A stretch of 64,000 bases of DNA, from contig CAVVYZ010000022.1 of assembly GCA_963752595.1 (NCBI GenBank), forward strand, positions 96,001 to 160,000, written 5' to 3'. The position numbers and the translations under genes were made by a program. Below the pieces are notes generated by a model that ran no database searches, was not told where the DNA came from, and worked only from the letters and a program-made list of their open reading frames with translations. This DNA comes from an uncultured delta proteobacterium. Its GTDB lineage: Bacteria > Desulfobacterota > Desulfomonilia > UBA1062. Shown here in pieces: positions 51,064 to 61,259 of the stretch; the first letter of the stretch is position 1, and every line of letters starts with the position of its first letter.

Positions 51064-51861
51064 TTAAAGATTGTTATCGCGTGAATCACTGCTCGACTTT
51101 AATACATAGGTAAGGATGCATATGCCGGTCCCTATCATGAGGGCACACAAGATTTGTCCCATGGTAAGCATGCCGATGACGAATCCCAGCTGGGAGTCCG
51201 GTTCGCGGAAAAATTCCAGAAAAAATCTCATGATCCCATAAAGTATTAAGAAGGAGGAAATGAGAACTCCTCGGGTATTCACCTTACTGCATATAAAGGA
51301 GAGTATGAGAAAAAGGAGAATACCCTCGGAAAAAGCTTCATACAACTGGGATGGATGTCTCGGAAGATATCCTGCCCCGGGGAAAACCATCCCCCATGGT
51401 ACGTCAGTAACCCTCCCATAGAGCTCTGCATTGATAAAATTCCCGATGCGGCCGAAGAAGAGCCCGGGTGCAGCTGCCAGAGCGCCCATATCGGCCAGCA
51501 TGAGAAATGATTTTTTCTTCAGGCGGGCATACAGATAACCTGCAATGACCAATCCTATGAGTCCTCCGTGAAAGGACATCCCGCCTTCCCATACGGCAAA
51601 GCACTTCAGCGGATGGGTGATATAAAAACCAAAATTATAGAATGCACAGTACCCGAGGCGGGCACCGATAATAAGTCCCGCAACACAGTAGGAAAGAAGA
51701 TCCTCAATCTCTCTGCTTCCCATATCGTATCCTTTTTTCTTCGATAAGCGGACCAATATGAAGTATGCGCATACGAAGCCAAGGATATACATCAAGCCGT
51801 ACCATCGCAGCTGTAAGGGACCTATCTGAAAAAATACGGGATCGATGTGAGGATATTTCAT
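51064..51861 (-). CDS. lgt: Prolipoprotein diacylglyceryl transferase
   Basis: RWYGLMY, GGMSFHGG, GRIGNFINAELYG and HPSQLYE motifs. Confidence 0.97.
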   Translation of the reverse strand: MKYPHIDPVFFQIGPLQLRWYGLMYILGFVCAYFILVRLSKKKGYDMGSREIEDLLSYCVAGLIIGARLGYCAFYNFGFYITHPLKCFAVWEGGMSFHGGLIGLVIAGYLYARLKKKSFLMLADMGALAAAPGLFFGRIGNFINAELYGRVTDVPWGMVFPGAGYLPRHPSQLYEAFSEGILLFLILSFICSKVNTRGVLISSFLILYGIMRFFLEFFREPDSQLGFVIGMLTMGQILCALMIGTGICILTYVLKSSSDSRDNNL

Positions 51862-51950
51862 GGTGATTTGCTTCTCATATAATTCCATAGGAAGTCAAGG
51901 CCCCGGCACTGCGCTCAAACCGGCAGAGCCTTAGCCGGTATGGGGCTTTA

Positions 51951-51992
51951 TCCCTCTCCCCCGAACACGGGGGAGAGGGATGGGGAGAGGGG
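51951..51992. repeat. REP-like palindromic intergenic element
   Basis: TCCCTCTCCCCCG-aaca-CGGGGGAGAGGGA plus tail TGGGGAGAGGGG; related copy at 60241-60280. Confidence 0.65.
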
Positions 51993-52158
51993 AAATGTTC
52001 GATATGAGGATGATATACCTGCAGATTTGCCCTGCTCCATGTTTTAACACTTCCTCCTTCCTATAATCACTGAACATTTATTCTCTGAAAGCCTCCGGCA
52101 GCCTTGACTAAATTACATTGAATTGTTATTGTCTTATTTTAACAAAGGGGATGAATTC

Positions 52159-52659
52159 ATGTTTAAAGTTGGAGATATTGTAGTGTACCCTGCACATGGG
52201 GTATCTGAAGTTGAATCGATAGAAACCAGAGAGATCTCGGGAAACAAAATATCTTTCTTCATCCTGAAGGTCCTGGATACCCAGATGACCGTTATGGTTC
52301 CCGTTACCAACGTACAGAATGTCGGCATACGTGAACTTATAGACAATAAAGGAATAGAAAAGGTTCTCAATATCCTCAAGGAGCGCTCCGTATCTGTCGA
52401 TAATCAAACCTGGAACAGACGGTATCGGGAATATATGGAAAAGATAAAAAGCGGCTCAGCCTTCGAGATCGCCGAAGTACTGAGGGACCTGAACATCCTC
52501 AAACGGGGAAAGGAACTCTCATTCGGCGAAAGAAAGATGTACGATACGGCAAAGAATCTTCTGGTAAACGAGGTATCGACATCCAAGAAAATAGACAAGA
52601 AAGAGGTTGAGAAGATGCTTCTTGAGGCAATGGGCAAGATTGAAACGAAAACACCTTAG
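52159..52659 (+). CDS. CarD/CdnL family transcription factor
   Basis: FKVGDIVVYPAHGV, WNRRYRE and LSFGERKM motifs. Confidence 0.95.
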   Translation: MFKVGDIVVYPAHGVSEVESIETREISGNKISFFILKVLDTQMTVMVPVTNVQNVGIRELIDNKGIEKVLNILKERSVSVDNQTWNRRYREYMEKIKSGSAFEIAEVLRDLNILKRGKELSFGERKMYDTAKNLLVNEVSTSKKIDKKEVEKMLLEAMGKIETKTP

Positions 52660-52674
52660 GACAGGATTATTGAT

Positions 52675-53658
52675 ATGAAATGGTTTCTTCGGATTATCGT
52701 GGCACTGGTAGTATTTTACGGGTCATTCATGTATGCCGCCATGGAGATGGGCGGAGGCATATGGCTCATCATCCTGCCTTCCATCGCAGAACTATGCGTG
52801 GCATTCATCATTATCGGCGAGCTACAGGGCCTTCGACTTCATCCCATGGCCTACATAGGGGGATTCCTCGGGGCAATACTCGGGCTCATCATCGGGAGCC
52901 TGCTGGGGTATGTGCTCCTTCGTCTGGAAGGCGGCATCTTTCTTTTCATCCTGATCAACTCCATCTTTGCCTACCTTGGCTACACGATCGGCCTTGCGTG
53001 GGGCAAGGAGATAGGCGATCTCCCGGTTTTTCACCGTGCAGGCCGGGGCCAGCAGACAATGAGAAAGATCCTCGACACCAGCGTGATCATTGACGGCAGG
53101 ATCCCTGATATCTGCGATGCCGGATTCATCGACGGCATCCTCGTAGCTCCCCAGTTCATCCTCAACGAGCTCCAGCACATCGCCGACTCCTCAGATCCCC
53201 TGAAGAGGGCGCGGGGCAGAAGAGGGCTCGACATCCTCAACAGGCTTCAGAAAAGCCCGCAGGTACAGGTCGAGATATCCGATAAAGATTTCCCGAAGAT
53301 CAAGGAAGTGGACTCCAAGCTCATTGCGCTCGCCAAGGAGATGGATGCAGATGTCCTCACCAATGATTTCAATCTCAACAAAATCGCCCAGATTCAGGGG
53401 GTGAATGTCCTCAACATCAATCAGCTCGCAAATGCAGTCAAGCCGATTGTGCTTCCCGGCGAGAGCCTGACCGTGATCATCACCAAACAGGGAAAGGAAC
53501 GGGGCCAGGGAGTTGCCTACCTCGAAGACGGCACCATGGTCGTCGTAGAGCAGGGTGAAAACCTGCTCAACAAGAACGCTGAAGTGGTGGTTACCTCAAT
53601 CCTTCAGACCCCTGCAGGAAGGATGATTTTCGCAACTCCAAGAAGTAATGGCGGCTGA
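52675..53658 (+). CDS. PIN/TRAM domain membrane protein (YacL-like)
   Basis: LDTSVIIDGRI, RGRRGLDIL, TNDFNLNK and LEDGTMVVVE motifs. Confidence 0.93.
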   Translation: MKWFLRIIVALVVFYGSFMYAAMEMGGGIWLIILPSIAELCVAFIIIGELQGLRLHPMAYIGGFLGAILGLIIGSLLGYVLLRLEGGIFLFILINSIFAYLGYTIGLAWGKEIGDLPVFHRAGRGQQTMRKILDTSVIIDGRIPDICDAGFIDGILVAPQFILNELQHIADSSDPLKRARGRRGLDILNRLQKSPQVQVEISDKDFPKIKEVDSKLIALAKEMDADVLTNDFNLNKIAQIQGVNVLNINQLANAVKPIVLPGESLTVIITKQGKERGQGVAYLEDGTMVVVEQGENLLNKNAEVVVTSILQTPAGRMIFATPRSNGG

Positions 53659-54329
53659 TGCGATCATCGTGGGAGGCGGAAGCGGCATACGCTTCGGCAG
53701 GAAGAAGCAGTTCATCATCTCTGGGAGGTATCCCGCTCCTCCAAAGGACCGTGCGTGCCTTCGAAAACCATCCGTCCGTCGAGCAGATCATTATCGTAGT
53801 CCCTCATGAAGACCTCGTCCTTGCCGGCCAAATCCTCTGCAGAGCGCAAAAGCCGCTGCAAATGGTAGAAGGAGGCAAGACCAGGCAGGAATCCGTCTGG
53901 AACGGTCTGATGTCCGTTCAACAGAGCGATCTTGTCCTTATCCATGACGCGGTGAGGCCTTTCGTGAGCCGGGAGCTCATCTCCCGGGTTCTCGACGGAG
54001 TCAAGGGATATGATGCGTGTATCCCTGGACTTGCCGTTGCAAATACCTTAAAAGAAGTAAGAGACGGGGTTGTTACGAGAACCATACCGAGGACCGGCCT
54101 CTATGGAGTGCAGACCCCGCAGTGCTTTTTCACGCAGAGTGCCATCGCGGCTCATACATGGGCACGCGATCAGGGGATATATAATGCCACCGATGACAGT
54201 TCCCTGATTGAAGAAATCGGCGGCAAAGTACGGCTTGTGGACGGGGATCCTTTCAATATGAAAATCACCCTCAAACAGGACATGGATATTGCAGAGGCCA
54301 TACTGAAATGTCGTATAGAACCGGCATAG
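53648..54329 (+). CDS. ispD: MEP cytidylyltransferase, frameshifted near 53715
   Basis: MAADAIIVGGGSGIRFG in one frame; GGKTRQESV, IHDAVRP, QTPQ, TDD and KIT in the next. Confidence 0.92.
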
Positions 54330-54790
54330 GGTATGACATCCACCGCCTGGTGGAAGGAAGGAATCTTGTCCTCGGCGGCCTTAACGTCCCCTACCCTAAG
54401 GGCCTCCTGGGCCATTCGGATGGGGATGTGATCGTCCACGCAGTCTGTGATGCTCTTCTCGGGGCATGCGCCCGCCCGGATATCGGCGAGATTTTTCCTG
54501 ATACTGCTCCTGAAACAGAAGGAATCTACTCGCTTACCATGCTGAAGACCATCGTTTCCCAAATGAGTAATGAGTACGGAATAGTGAATATCGATGTGAA
54601 CTGTATCTGCGAAAAGCCGAAGCTCTCGGCCTATCGCAATAAAATGGTTGCGAACATTGCAGATGTGTGTATGATCGATCATTCGCAGGTTTCTATAAAG
54701 TTCAGGACGCATGAAGGCCTCGGAGAGATCGGTACCGGTAATGCAATAGCTGCCCAGGCTGTCGTTCTCATAAAAATCAAAAGCTTCTGA
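54308..54790 (+). CDS. ispF: MECDP synthase
   Basis: GIGYDIH, GHSDGDV.H...DALLGA and DIG..FP motifs. Confidence 0.96.
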   Translation: MSYRTGIGYDIHRLVEGRNLVLGGLNVPYPKGLLGHSDGDVIVHAVCDALLGACARPDIGEIFPDTAPETEGIYSLTMLKTIVSQMSNEYGIVNIDVNCICEKPKLSAYRNKMVANIADVCMIDHSQVSIKFRTHEGLGEIGTGNAIAAQAVVLIKIKSF

Positions 54791-54806
54791 GTAAGGAGTG
54801 AGCACC

Positions 54807-56239
54807 ATGACCATTTCCATATACAATACACCGTTCAAGAAGAAACAGCCCTTCACCCCTCTTTCCGGGAAAAAGATCGGAATGTATGCATGTGGGGTCA
54901 CTGTCTACGACATGAGCCACATCGGGCATGCACGTTCCTTGATCGTCTTCGATGTGATTTCCCGTTATCTGAGAAAAAAAGGGTATAAGCTCACCTACGT
55001 CAGGAACTTCACCGACGTCGACGACAAGATAATCGCCCGTGCAAACTCGCTCGGCACCTCTTACAAAGAGATTTCGGAAAGTATATCGATGAGTTCAGGA
55101 CCGACATGAAAACCCTGAAAGTCAAACGGCCGATGTGGAGCCCAGGGCAACGGAATACATCCCCCAGATAGTCGAAATGGTCAGGACTCTCGAAGAAAAA
55201 GGGCTTGCCTACAAGGCGGAAGACGGCAGTGTCTATTACAGCGTCTCGAAGTTCAGAGGATACGGCAAGCTCAGCGGCAGACGGACCGAAGAGATGATTG
55301 CAGGGGCACGGGTCGATATCGAAGAAATGAAACGGGATCCTCTGGATTTCGCCCTGTGGAAGCGGAGCAAGGAGGGAGAGCCGTGGTGGGAAAGTCCCTG
55401 GTCCAAGGGCAGGCCCGGCTGGCACATCGAATGCTCTGCCATGAGCACCGATATTCTTGGCAAAACGCTCGATATACACGGAGGCGGAAGAGATCTCATC
55501 TTCCCCCACCATGAAAACGAGATCGCCCAGTCCGAAGGGGCCTATGATGTTCCGTTCGTGAGGTTCTGGGTGCACAACGGCTTCGTCACCATAAGCGGGG
55601 AGAAAATGAGCAAGTCGCTCGGCAACTTCCTGACGCATCCGGGAGCTCACTTCCGAGGTACATCCCGAGACCTTGCGGCTGCTCCTGGTGTCCCAGCATT
55701 ACCGGAGCCCGATCAATTTTTCAAAGAAGCGATCCAGACGTCTAATCAGGCCATGGTCCGGTTCTATGAGCTGCTCGACCGGATCAACCGCGCTGCGAGA
55801 ATCGGTGTACCTACCCGTCTGAAGCCCCTGGCTGACGCATTTGCCGATAATTTCGATGCAGCCATGTCGGATGACTTCAATACGGCAAAGGCCATCGCCC
55901 AGCTCCATGATCTGACGACGGAGATCAACAGGGAATTGGACAGCAGTTCGACAATATCGGAAGAAGACTTCCCGATCCCTCAATATTGCCTTTGGATTGG
56001 TTTCGGAAGTTTTCGGCATACTGGAAGACGACCCCTCCAAGTTCCTCGAGCAGATCAAACGCTCCGGGATCGGCGATACAGGCCTTGACGGGAAAGAGAT
56101 CCAGGATCTGATAGACCAGCGGGGCGCTGCGAGAAAGGCCAGGGATTTCAAGCGTGCGGACGAGATCAGAAATATGTTGTTGTCAAAAGGTATTCAACTG
56201 AAAGACACCCCGGAAGGAACCGTCTGGGAAAAGATATAG
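54807..56239 (+). CDS. cysS: Cysteine--tRNA ligase with several frameshifts
   Basis: [35 protein letters not shown] and ADEIR spread across different frames. Confidence 0.93.
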
Positions 56240-56246
56240 AAGCATT

Positions 56247-58242
56247 ATGGCATTTAAAATCGTATCGCCTTTTCAGCCGCAGGGTGACCAGCCTGCAGCA
56301 ATAGATGCACTCTGTGAAGGGATAAGCAAAGGAATCCGCGATCAGGCCCTCCTCGGCGTAACCGGCTCGGGGAAGACCTTCACCATGGCGTGCGTCATCG
56401 AACGTATGAACAGGCCTGCCCTTGTCATCGCACCCAACAAGATCCTTGCTGCCCAGCTCTACGGCGAATTCCAGGAACTCTTCCCGGAAAACGCGGTGGA
56501 GTACTTCGTGAGCTACTACGATTACTATCAGCCCGAGGCTTATGTGCCTTCGCGGGATCTCTTTATCGAGAAAGACTCCGCCATAAACGAAGACATCGAT
56601 AAGCTCAGGCACCGGGCGACCAGGGCGCTCTTTGAACGGGAAGACTGCATCATCGTTGCATCCGTATCCTGCATATATGGTCTGGGCTCGCCCGAGGCGT
56701 ATTCAGGCATGCTCCTTTACCTCGAAAAAGGCAGGAACCTGACGAGCAACGATGTCCTCAAGAAACTCGTCGAGATCCAGTACGAGCGGAACGATTATGA
56801 TTTCACCCGCGGCACGTTCCGTGTCCGGGGAGACGTAATCGATATATTCCCGGTCCACGAGGAGGATTCGGCGGTCCGCATCGAATTCTTCGGTGACGAG
56901 ATCGACTCGCTCTGGCAGATCGACACCTTGCGCAACAGGAAGATCCGCGAACTTACCCACTTTCCCATTTATCCTGCCTCACACTACGTTACCCCGCGAT
57001 CGATTCTTGTCAACGCCATAGATGCAGTACGGGAAGAGCTCAAAGAGAGGGTTGCATACTTCCGGTCCGAAAACCGCCTCATCGAAGCACAGAGGATCGA
57101 GGAGAGGACCAATTACGACATCGAGATGCTCATGGAAACCGGCGTCTGCAGGGGGATAGAGAACTATTCGAGGCACCTTACCGGCAGGTCTGCCGGGAGA
57201 CCCGCCGCCTACTCTCATGGACTACCTTCCCAATAATACGCTGGTGTTTCTCGATGAATCCCACATCGGGATACCTCAGCTCATCGGCATGTATCGGGGG
57301 GATCATTCACGGAAAGCGACCCTGGTGGATTACGGCTTCAGGCTCCCATCGGCCCTGGACAACAGGCCGCTTCGTTTCGATGAATTCAACAAGATCGTCA
57401 ACACCCTCGTGTATGTATCGGCGACACCGGGCGATTATGAGATAACGCAGGCCAAGGGCCGGGTTATCGAACAGCTTGTCCGGCCCACCGGGCTGCTCGA
57501 TCCCCAGATCGAGATCAGGCCTGCCAGTTCGCAGGTTGACGACCTGTACCGGGAAATCACGAAGCGGGTCGATGCAGGCGAGCGCGTTCTGGTGACCACG
57601 CTGACCAAGCATATGTCGGAAGAGCTTACCGATTACTACCAGAATCTCAATCTCAAGGTGAAATACATGCACTCCGATATCGACACCCTTGAGCGAATAG
57701 AGATCGTGAAAGGCTTGCGCGAAGGCAAGTTCGATATCCTCGTCGGGATCAATCTTCTGAGGGAAGGACTCGACATCCCTGAGGTTTCGCTCGTGGCGAT
57801 TCTTGATGCGGACAAGGAAGGCTTCTTAAGGTCCGCCCGCTCTCTCATTCAGACAGCCGGACGGGCGGCGCGAAATGTCAACGGCAAGGTCATCATGTAT
57901 GCCGATACCAGGACCGATTCTATAGAGTACGCGACATCAGAGACGCTCCGGAGAAGAGAGAAACAGAACGAATACAACAAAGTCCATGGAATTACACCCA
58001 AAACGATCCAAAAAGGGATCAGAGATATCCTGGCATCCATCTATGAGCGGGACTACGCTGATATCTCCTCGACCGTCAGCACTTCTTTGGGAACGGTGGA
58101 GACGGGAAAGATGAAGCAGACCATTCGTCAGCTCGAAAAAAAGATGTTCGAAGCTGCGGACGATATGCGATTTGAGGATGCCGCATCTCTCAGAGATGAG
58201 GTAAAGCGCCTCAGGAAGATCTCCCTTGTGGTGGAAGGATAG
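56247..58242 (+). CDS. uvrB: Excinuclease ABC subunit B, frameshifted near 57200
   Basis: GVTGSGKT and [10 protein letters not shown]; then [21 protein letters not shown] and the UVR domain. Confidence 0.96.
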
Positions 58243-58247
58243 CCTCT

Positions 58248-58955
58248 ATGTACAAGATCGTAAGAGATCTGGGATATGCCGTTCGAGAGTTCGCCCCCTA
58301 TACGGTCATATATAAACAAGACCATCCGCTCATCCCGGATATGATTGGCGACAAGCCTGTACTCGGAGAGAAATCTTTCATTCAAGGCAGGAATGCCATG
58401 CGCATCATCGAGCCTGATCTCATGGTCAGGTCCCTCACCCATGGCGGCAGTTTGAGATATATAACAAAGTCACGCTTCCTGAGCATAGACAGGAGCCTGA
58501 GGGAGATCGAGATCAGCTCATTCCTCAGATCAAAGAATATCCCCACCCCCGAAATCTTAGCGGTGAGGTTTCATAAAAAAGGCTTTTTCTTCTCCATAGA
58601 GGTGATTACGTCCCTGGTTCCTGAATCAATCGACCTGCTCGTTTATCTTGAGAAAAACGCAGGAGATTCCCTGCAGCCCCTTCTCCGGACAGGCAGACTC
58701 GTTCAGGATATTCACCGCCTCGGGGTTTACCATGCAGATCTCCATGTAAAAAATATCCTTCTTGACCGGAACAAGGCCCCATGGATCATCGACCTCGATA
58801 ATGCATACCGTTTTTCCAGCCTCCCTTCTCTCCTGAAGGCAAAGAACCTCAAGCGGTTCGTCCACTCGTTGAGGAAATGGCAGAAAAAGGGGAGAATACT
58901 ACTTGCAGAAGGCTGGGAGCAGGCATTCATGGACGGCTATACCCGGCAGGAATAA
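58248..58955 (+). CDS. Kdo/lipopolysaccharide kinase (KdkA-like)
   Basis: GR..HGG, HADLHVKNIL and WIIDLD motifs. Confidence 0.8.
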   Translation: MYKIVRDLGYAVREFAPYTVIYKQDHPLIPDMIGDKPVLGEKSFIQGRNAMRIIEPDLMVRSLTHGGSLRYITKSRFLSIDRSLREIEISSFLRSKNIPTPEILAVRFHKKGFFFSIEVITSLVPESIDLLVYLEKNAGDSLQPLLRTGRLVQDIHRLGVYHADLHVKNILLDRNKAPWIIDLDNAYRFSSLPSLLKAKNLKRFVHSLRKWQKKGRILLAEGWEQAFMDGYTRQE

Positions 58956-58976
58956 GCCGAGCATGCCCCCTCTCCC

Positions 58977-59732
58977 TTATCCTCCGGCAATAAGAGAGTC
59001 TATAGCATCCCTCACGTCATTCATGAGTTGATCTCTCGTTTCCGGTGAATATAATGAGGCATCGAGAGGTTTCCCGATATTGATGTGCACGTGCCCGTCA
59101 AGGTTGACCTCCCAGGTATCCGGCTTATGAATGTTTTCCGAACCGGTGATTCCCACAGGGATTATCTGAGCCCCTGTCTGGATAGCAACCATGAATCCGC
59201 CCTTCTTAAACCGGCCGAGAGACCCGTTGCGAGACCTTGTCCCTTCAGGAGCTATCCAGAGCACGACTCCGTTCTTCATCTTTTCTTTCGCAAGCTCAAG
59301 GTCTTTCAACGCCTGCTCATGGTTATGGCGATCAATGGAGAGGAATTCTGCAGCCTTGAGCCCCCTTCCCCATATGGGAATCCTGAAAAGTTCCTTCTTT
59401 GTAAGCATACGGATGCTTCCCGGAAGAGATACGAAGATAAGGGGGATATCGTAATGACTCCGGTGATTGGACATAATGATGTATGGAGTATCCGGCTGTA
59501 TCGTCACCCCATGGGGATTGGAAACCTCGTAAGAGCCCCTGACGGCCTTGAGCAGATGACGAGACCACCAGCGCAAAACACTGTCGGCGTAAGGCCTGTT
59601 GTATGTCCTGCTGTAACGCAGGTAAAGCCCGAGGAAAGAGATGCCCAGGGTTGATGCTGTAGTCTGAAGGATGATCCATGCCTTCTGGAAGAATGACGCC
59701 CTCACTCTGCAAAGCCTCCTCTCTAATAACAA
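58977..59732 (-). CDS. Lysophospholipid acyltransferase (PlsC-like)
   Basis: NHRSHYD, KKEL and PEGTRS motifs. Confidence 0.92.
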   Translation of the reverse strand: MLLERRLCRVRASFFQKAWIILQTTASTLGISFLGLYLRYSRTYNRPYADSVLRWWSRHLLKAVRGSYEVSNPHGVTIQPDTPYIIMSNHRSHYDIPLIFVSLPGSIRMLTKKELFRIPIWGRGLKAAEFLSIDRHNHEQALKDLELAKEKMKNGVVLWIAPEGTRSRNGSLGRFKKGGFMVAIQTGAQIIPVGITGSENIHKPDTWEVNLDGHVHINIGKPLDASLYSPETRDQLMNDVRDAIDSLIAGG

Positions 59733-59788
59733 TGGTTTGTTTATGGGATCAAAGCATCATACCTATGCTCTGATCATATATTTCATAT

Positions 59789-60193
59789 TCAAGTATGATC
59801 GTGGATGCCCTTGGATTTTTCTTCATCCATTCTTTTTTGAATATAATCCCGTTCCTTTATCAGATGACTCACAAGGTCTGCAAACGTCCAATGGATGGAT
59901 TGCTGCGTAACTACCGCATAGATAGGTTTTGGGAGATCCCATTTCTTTGCTTCACGCATGATCGTATGAATAGTCTGGGCAGGGACGTTGAAAAAGAGCA
60001 TCACCTTTTCATTACAGGAATATTCCTGATCCGATTTCTTATCGGAAAACAGGATATCCTGGACCAGGATGTTTCCCTGATCCTTTTCTATTGCCTGCAC
60101 AAGAGGCGCACCTATTTCCTGAAAGAAATGATCCATCAGGAGCCTTTCCTCAAAGCTGTAATTCCAGAGCAGTATCCTTGGCTCAGTATTCAT
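59789..60193 (-). CDS. DUF3783-like protein
   Basis: Resembles the DUF3783 pattern: PIYAVVT..IHWTFADLVSHL.KE. Confidence 0.7.
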   Translation of the reverse strand: MNTEPRILLWNYSFEERLLMDHFFQEIGAPLVQAIEKDQGNILVQDILFSDKKSDQEYSCNEKVMLFFNVPAQTIHTIMREAKKWDLPKPIYAVVTQQSIHWTFADLVSHLIKERDYIQKRMDEEKSKGIHDHT

Positions 60194-60240
60194 GGAAAAC
60201 TCCATTTCTACTCAGGTGATTCCCCGTGGAGTTACCCCAT

Positions 60241-60280
60241 CTTCCTCTCACCTCGTGGGAGAGGACAGAGGAGAGGGGGG
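60241..60280. repeat. Degenerate REP-like palindromic element
   Basis: TCCTCTCACC-tcgt-GGGAGAGGA followed by CAGAGGAGAGGGGG. Confidence 0.5.
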
Positions 60281-60478
60281 TAAGCAAAATATTCGAACAG
60301 TATTTGTAATACATAATATAGAAAAAAATAAACATCAAGGGACACTTTCCGCTCTATCCTTGCATCCGGACAAAGTTATGGAAGCCTTTAAAAGACATGC
60401 TGTGAGTGCATTCTTCATTAATGGTTTGCTTTTATTATTCCGATACATTTAGGAGATAAAACAGGAGGTACGTCATAT

Positions 60479-60766
60479 ATGAGATGCCCCAAATGCGGCT
60501 ATGTGAGCTTTGATTATCTGGATCGATGCAAGAGTTGCGGTGAGGATCTTGTGCCCGCTAAGATTAAATTGAACATATACACCAAGCCACCCGAAATCGA
60601 TATCAATGATGATGGTTTTGCCATCGGCAAGGTTGAAGAAGAGCGCAAGGACCTTATTGAAGAAACACCTGGGAGCAACAAGGGCAATGTATCCATGGAC
60701 GATGTTTTGAAAGAAGATGGTGATAATCTTGAGAGCTTTAATTTTGAAGAGGACGAAAAGGCTTGA
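60479..60766 (+). CDS. Hypothetical Zn-ribbon protein with acidic tail
   Basis: MRCPKCGYVSFDYLDRCKSC after RBS AGGAGGT. Confidence 0.8.
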   Translation: MRCPKCGYVSFDYLDRCKSCGEDLVPAKIKLNIYTKPPEIDINDDGFAIGKVEEERKDLIEETPGSNKGNVSMDDVLKEDGDNLESFNFEEDEKA

Positions 60767-60801
60767 CAAGAAATCCCAAATTCAATACACATTCTCCTGT
60801 T

Positions 60802-60877
60802 GCCGAGGTAGCTCAGTAGGTAGAGCAGAGGACTGAAAATCCTCGTGTCGGCGGTTCAACTCCGTCCCTCGGCACCA
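60802..60877 (+). tRNA. tRNA-Phe (GAA)
   Basis: GCCGAGGTAGCTCAGTAGGTAGAGCAGAGGACTGAAAATCCTCGTGTCGGCGGTTCAACTCCGTCCCTCGGCACCA. Confidence 0.98.
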
Positions 60878-61022
60878 AGAATTCACTTCAGTTATTCTTA
60901 CTTTTTTTTCTTTCACCCGGATAGAAAACCCCAGCCTTATTTGCCCTTCTGTCATCCGGCAACAGAAGGTATGCACATCGAAATCCTGTGAGCAGCAGAT
61001 TGATGAAAAGGAGGATACGACA

Positions 61023-61202
61023 ATGCTGAGTCTTTGGATCGTAATAGGTTGCTTGTTCATGACCGGGATCGGGATCAGGTTCACCTATAAGGTTCTCGGG
61101 CTCACCGCTACCGAGGCAATTGCGATTTTCATCCTGATTGTCATTCTCGTGGGCGTTAACACAGCTCCGGCAAGAGAACTCCTCATGCAGCTGATGTACT
61201 GA
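61023..61202 (+). CDS. Small two-TM membrane protein, 59 aa, not in the ORF track
   Basis: RBS AAGGAGG; MLSLWIVIGCLFMTGIGIRFTYKVLGLTATEAIAIFILIVILVGVNTAPARELLMQLMY. Confidence 0.75.
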   Translation: MLSLWIVIGCLFMTGIGIRFTYKVLGLTATEAIAIFILIVILVGVNTAPARELLMQLMY

Positions 61203-61259
61203 TAAGAACATACGTGTCCCGCAAGACTGATCTCGCGTGACGCGTCGGCTCCACGATAA

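Noticed and set aside
60782-61211. Minus-strand ORFs 60782..61084 and 60888..61211
   Set aside because: The first overlaps tRNA-Phe, and both overlap the better-supported plus-strand microprotein.
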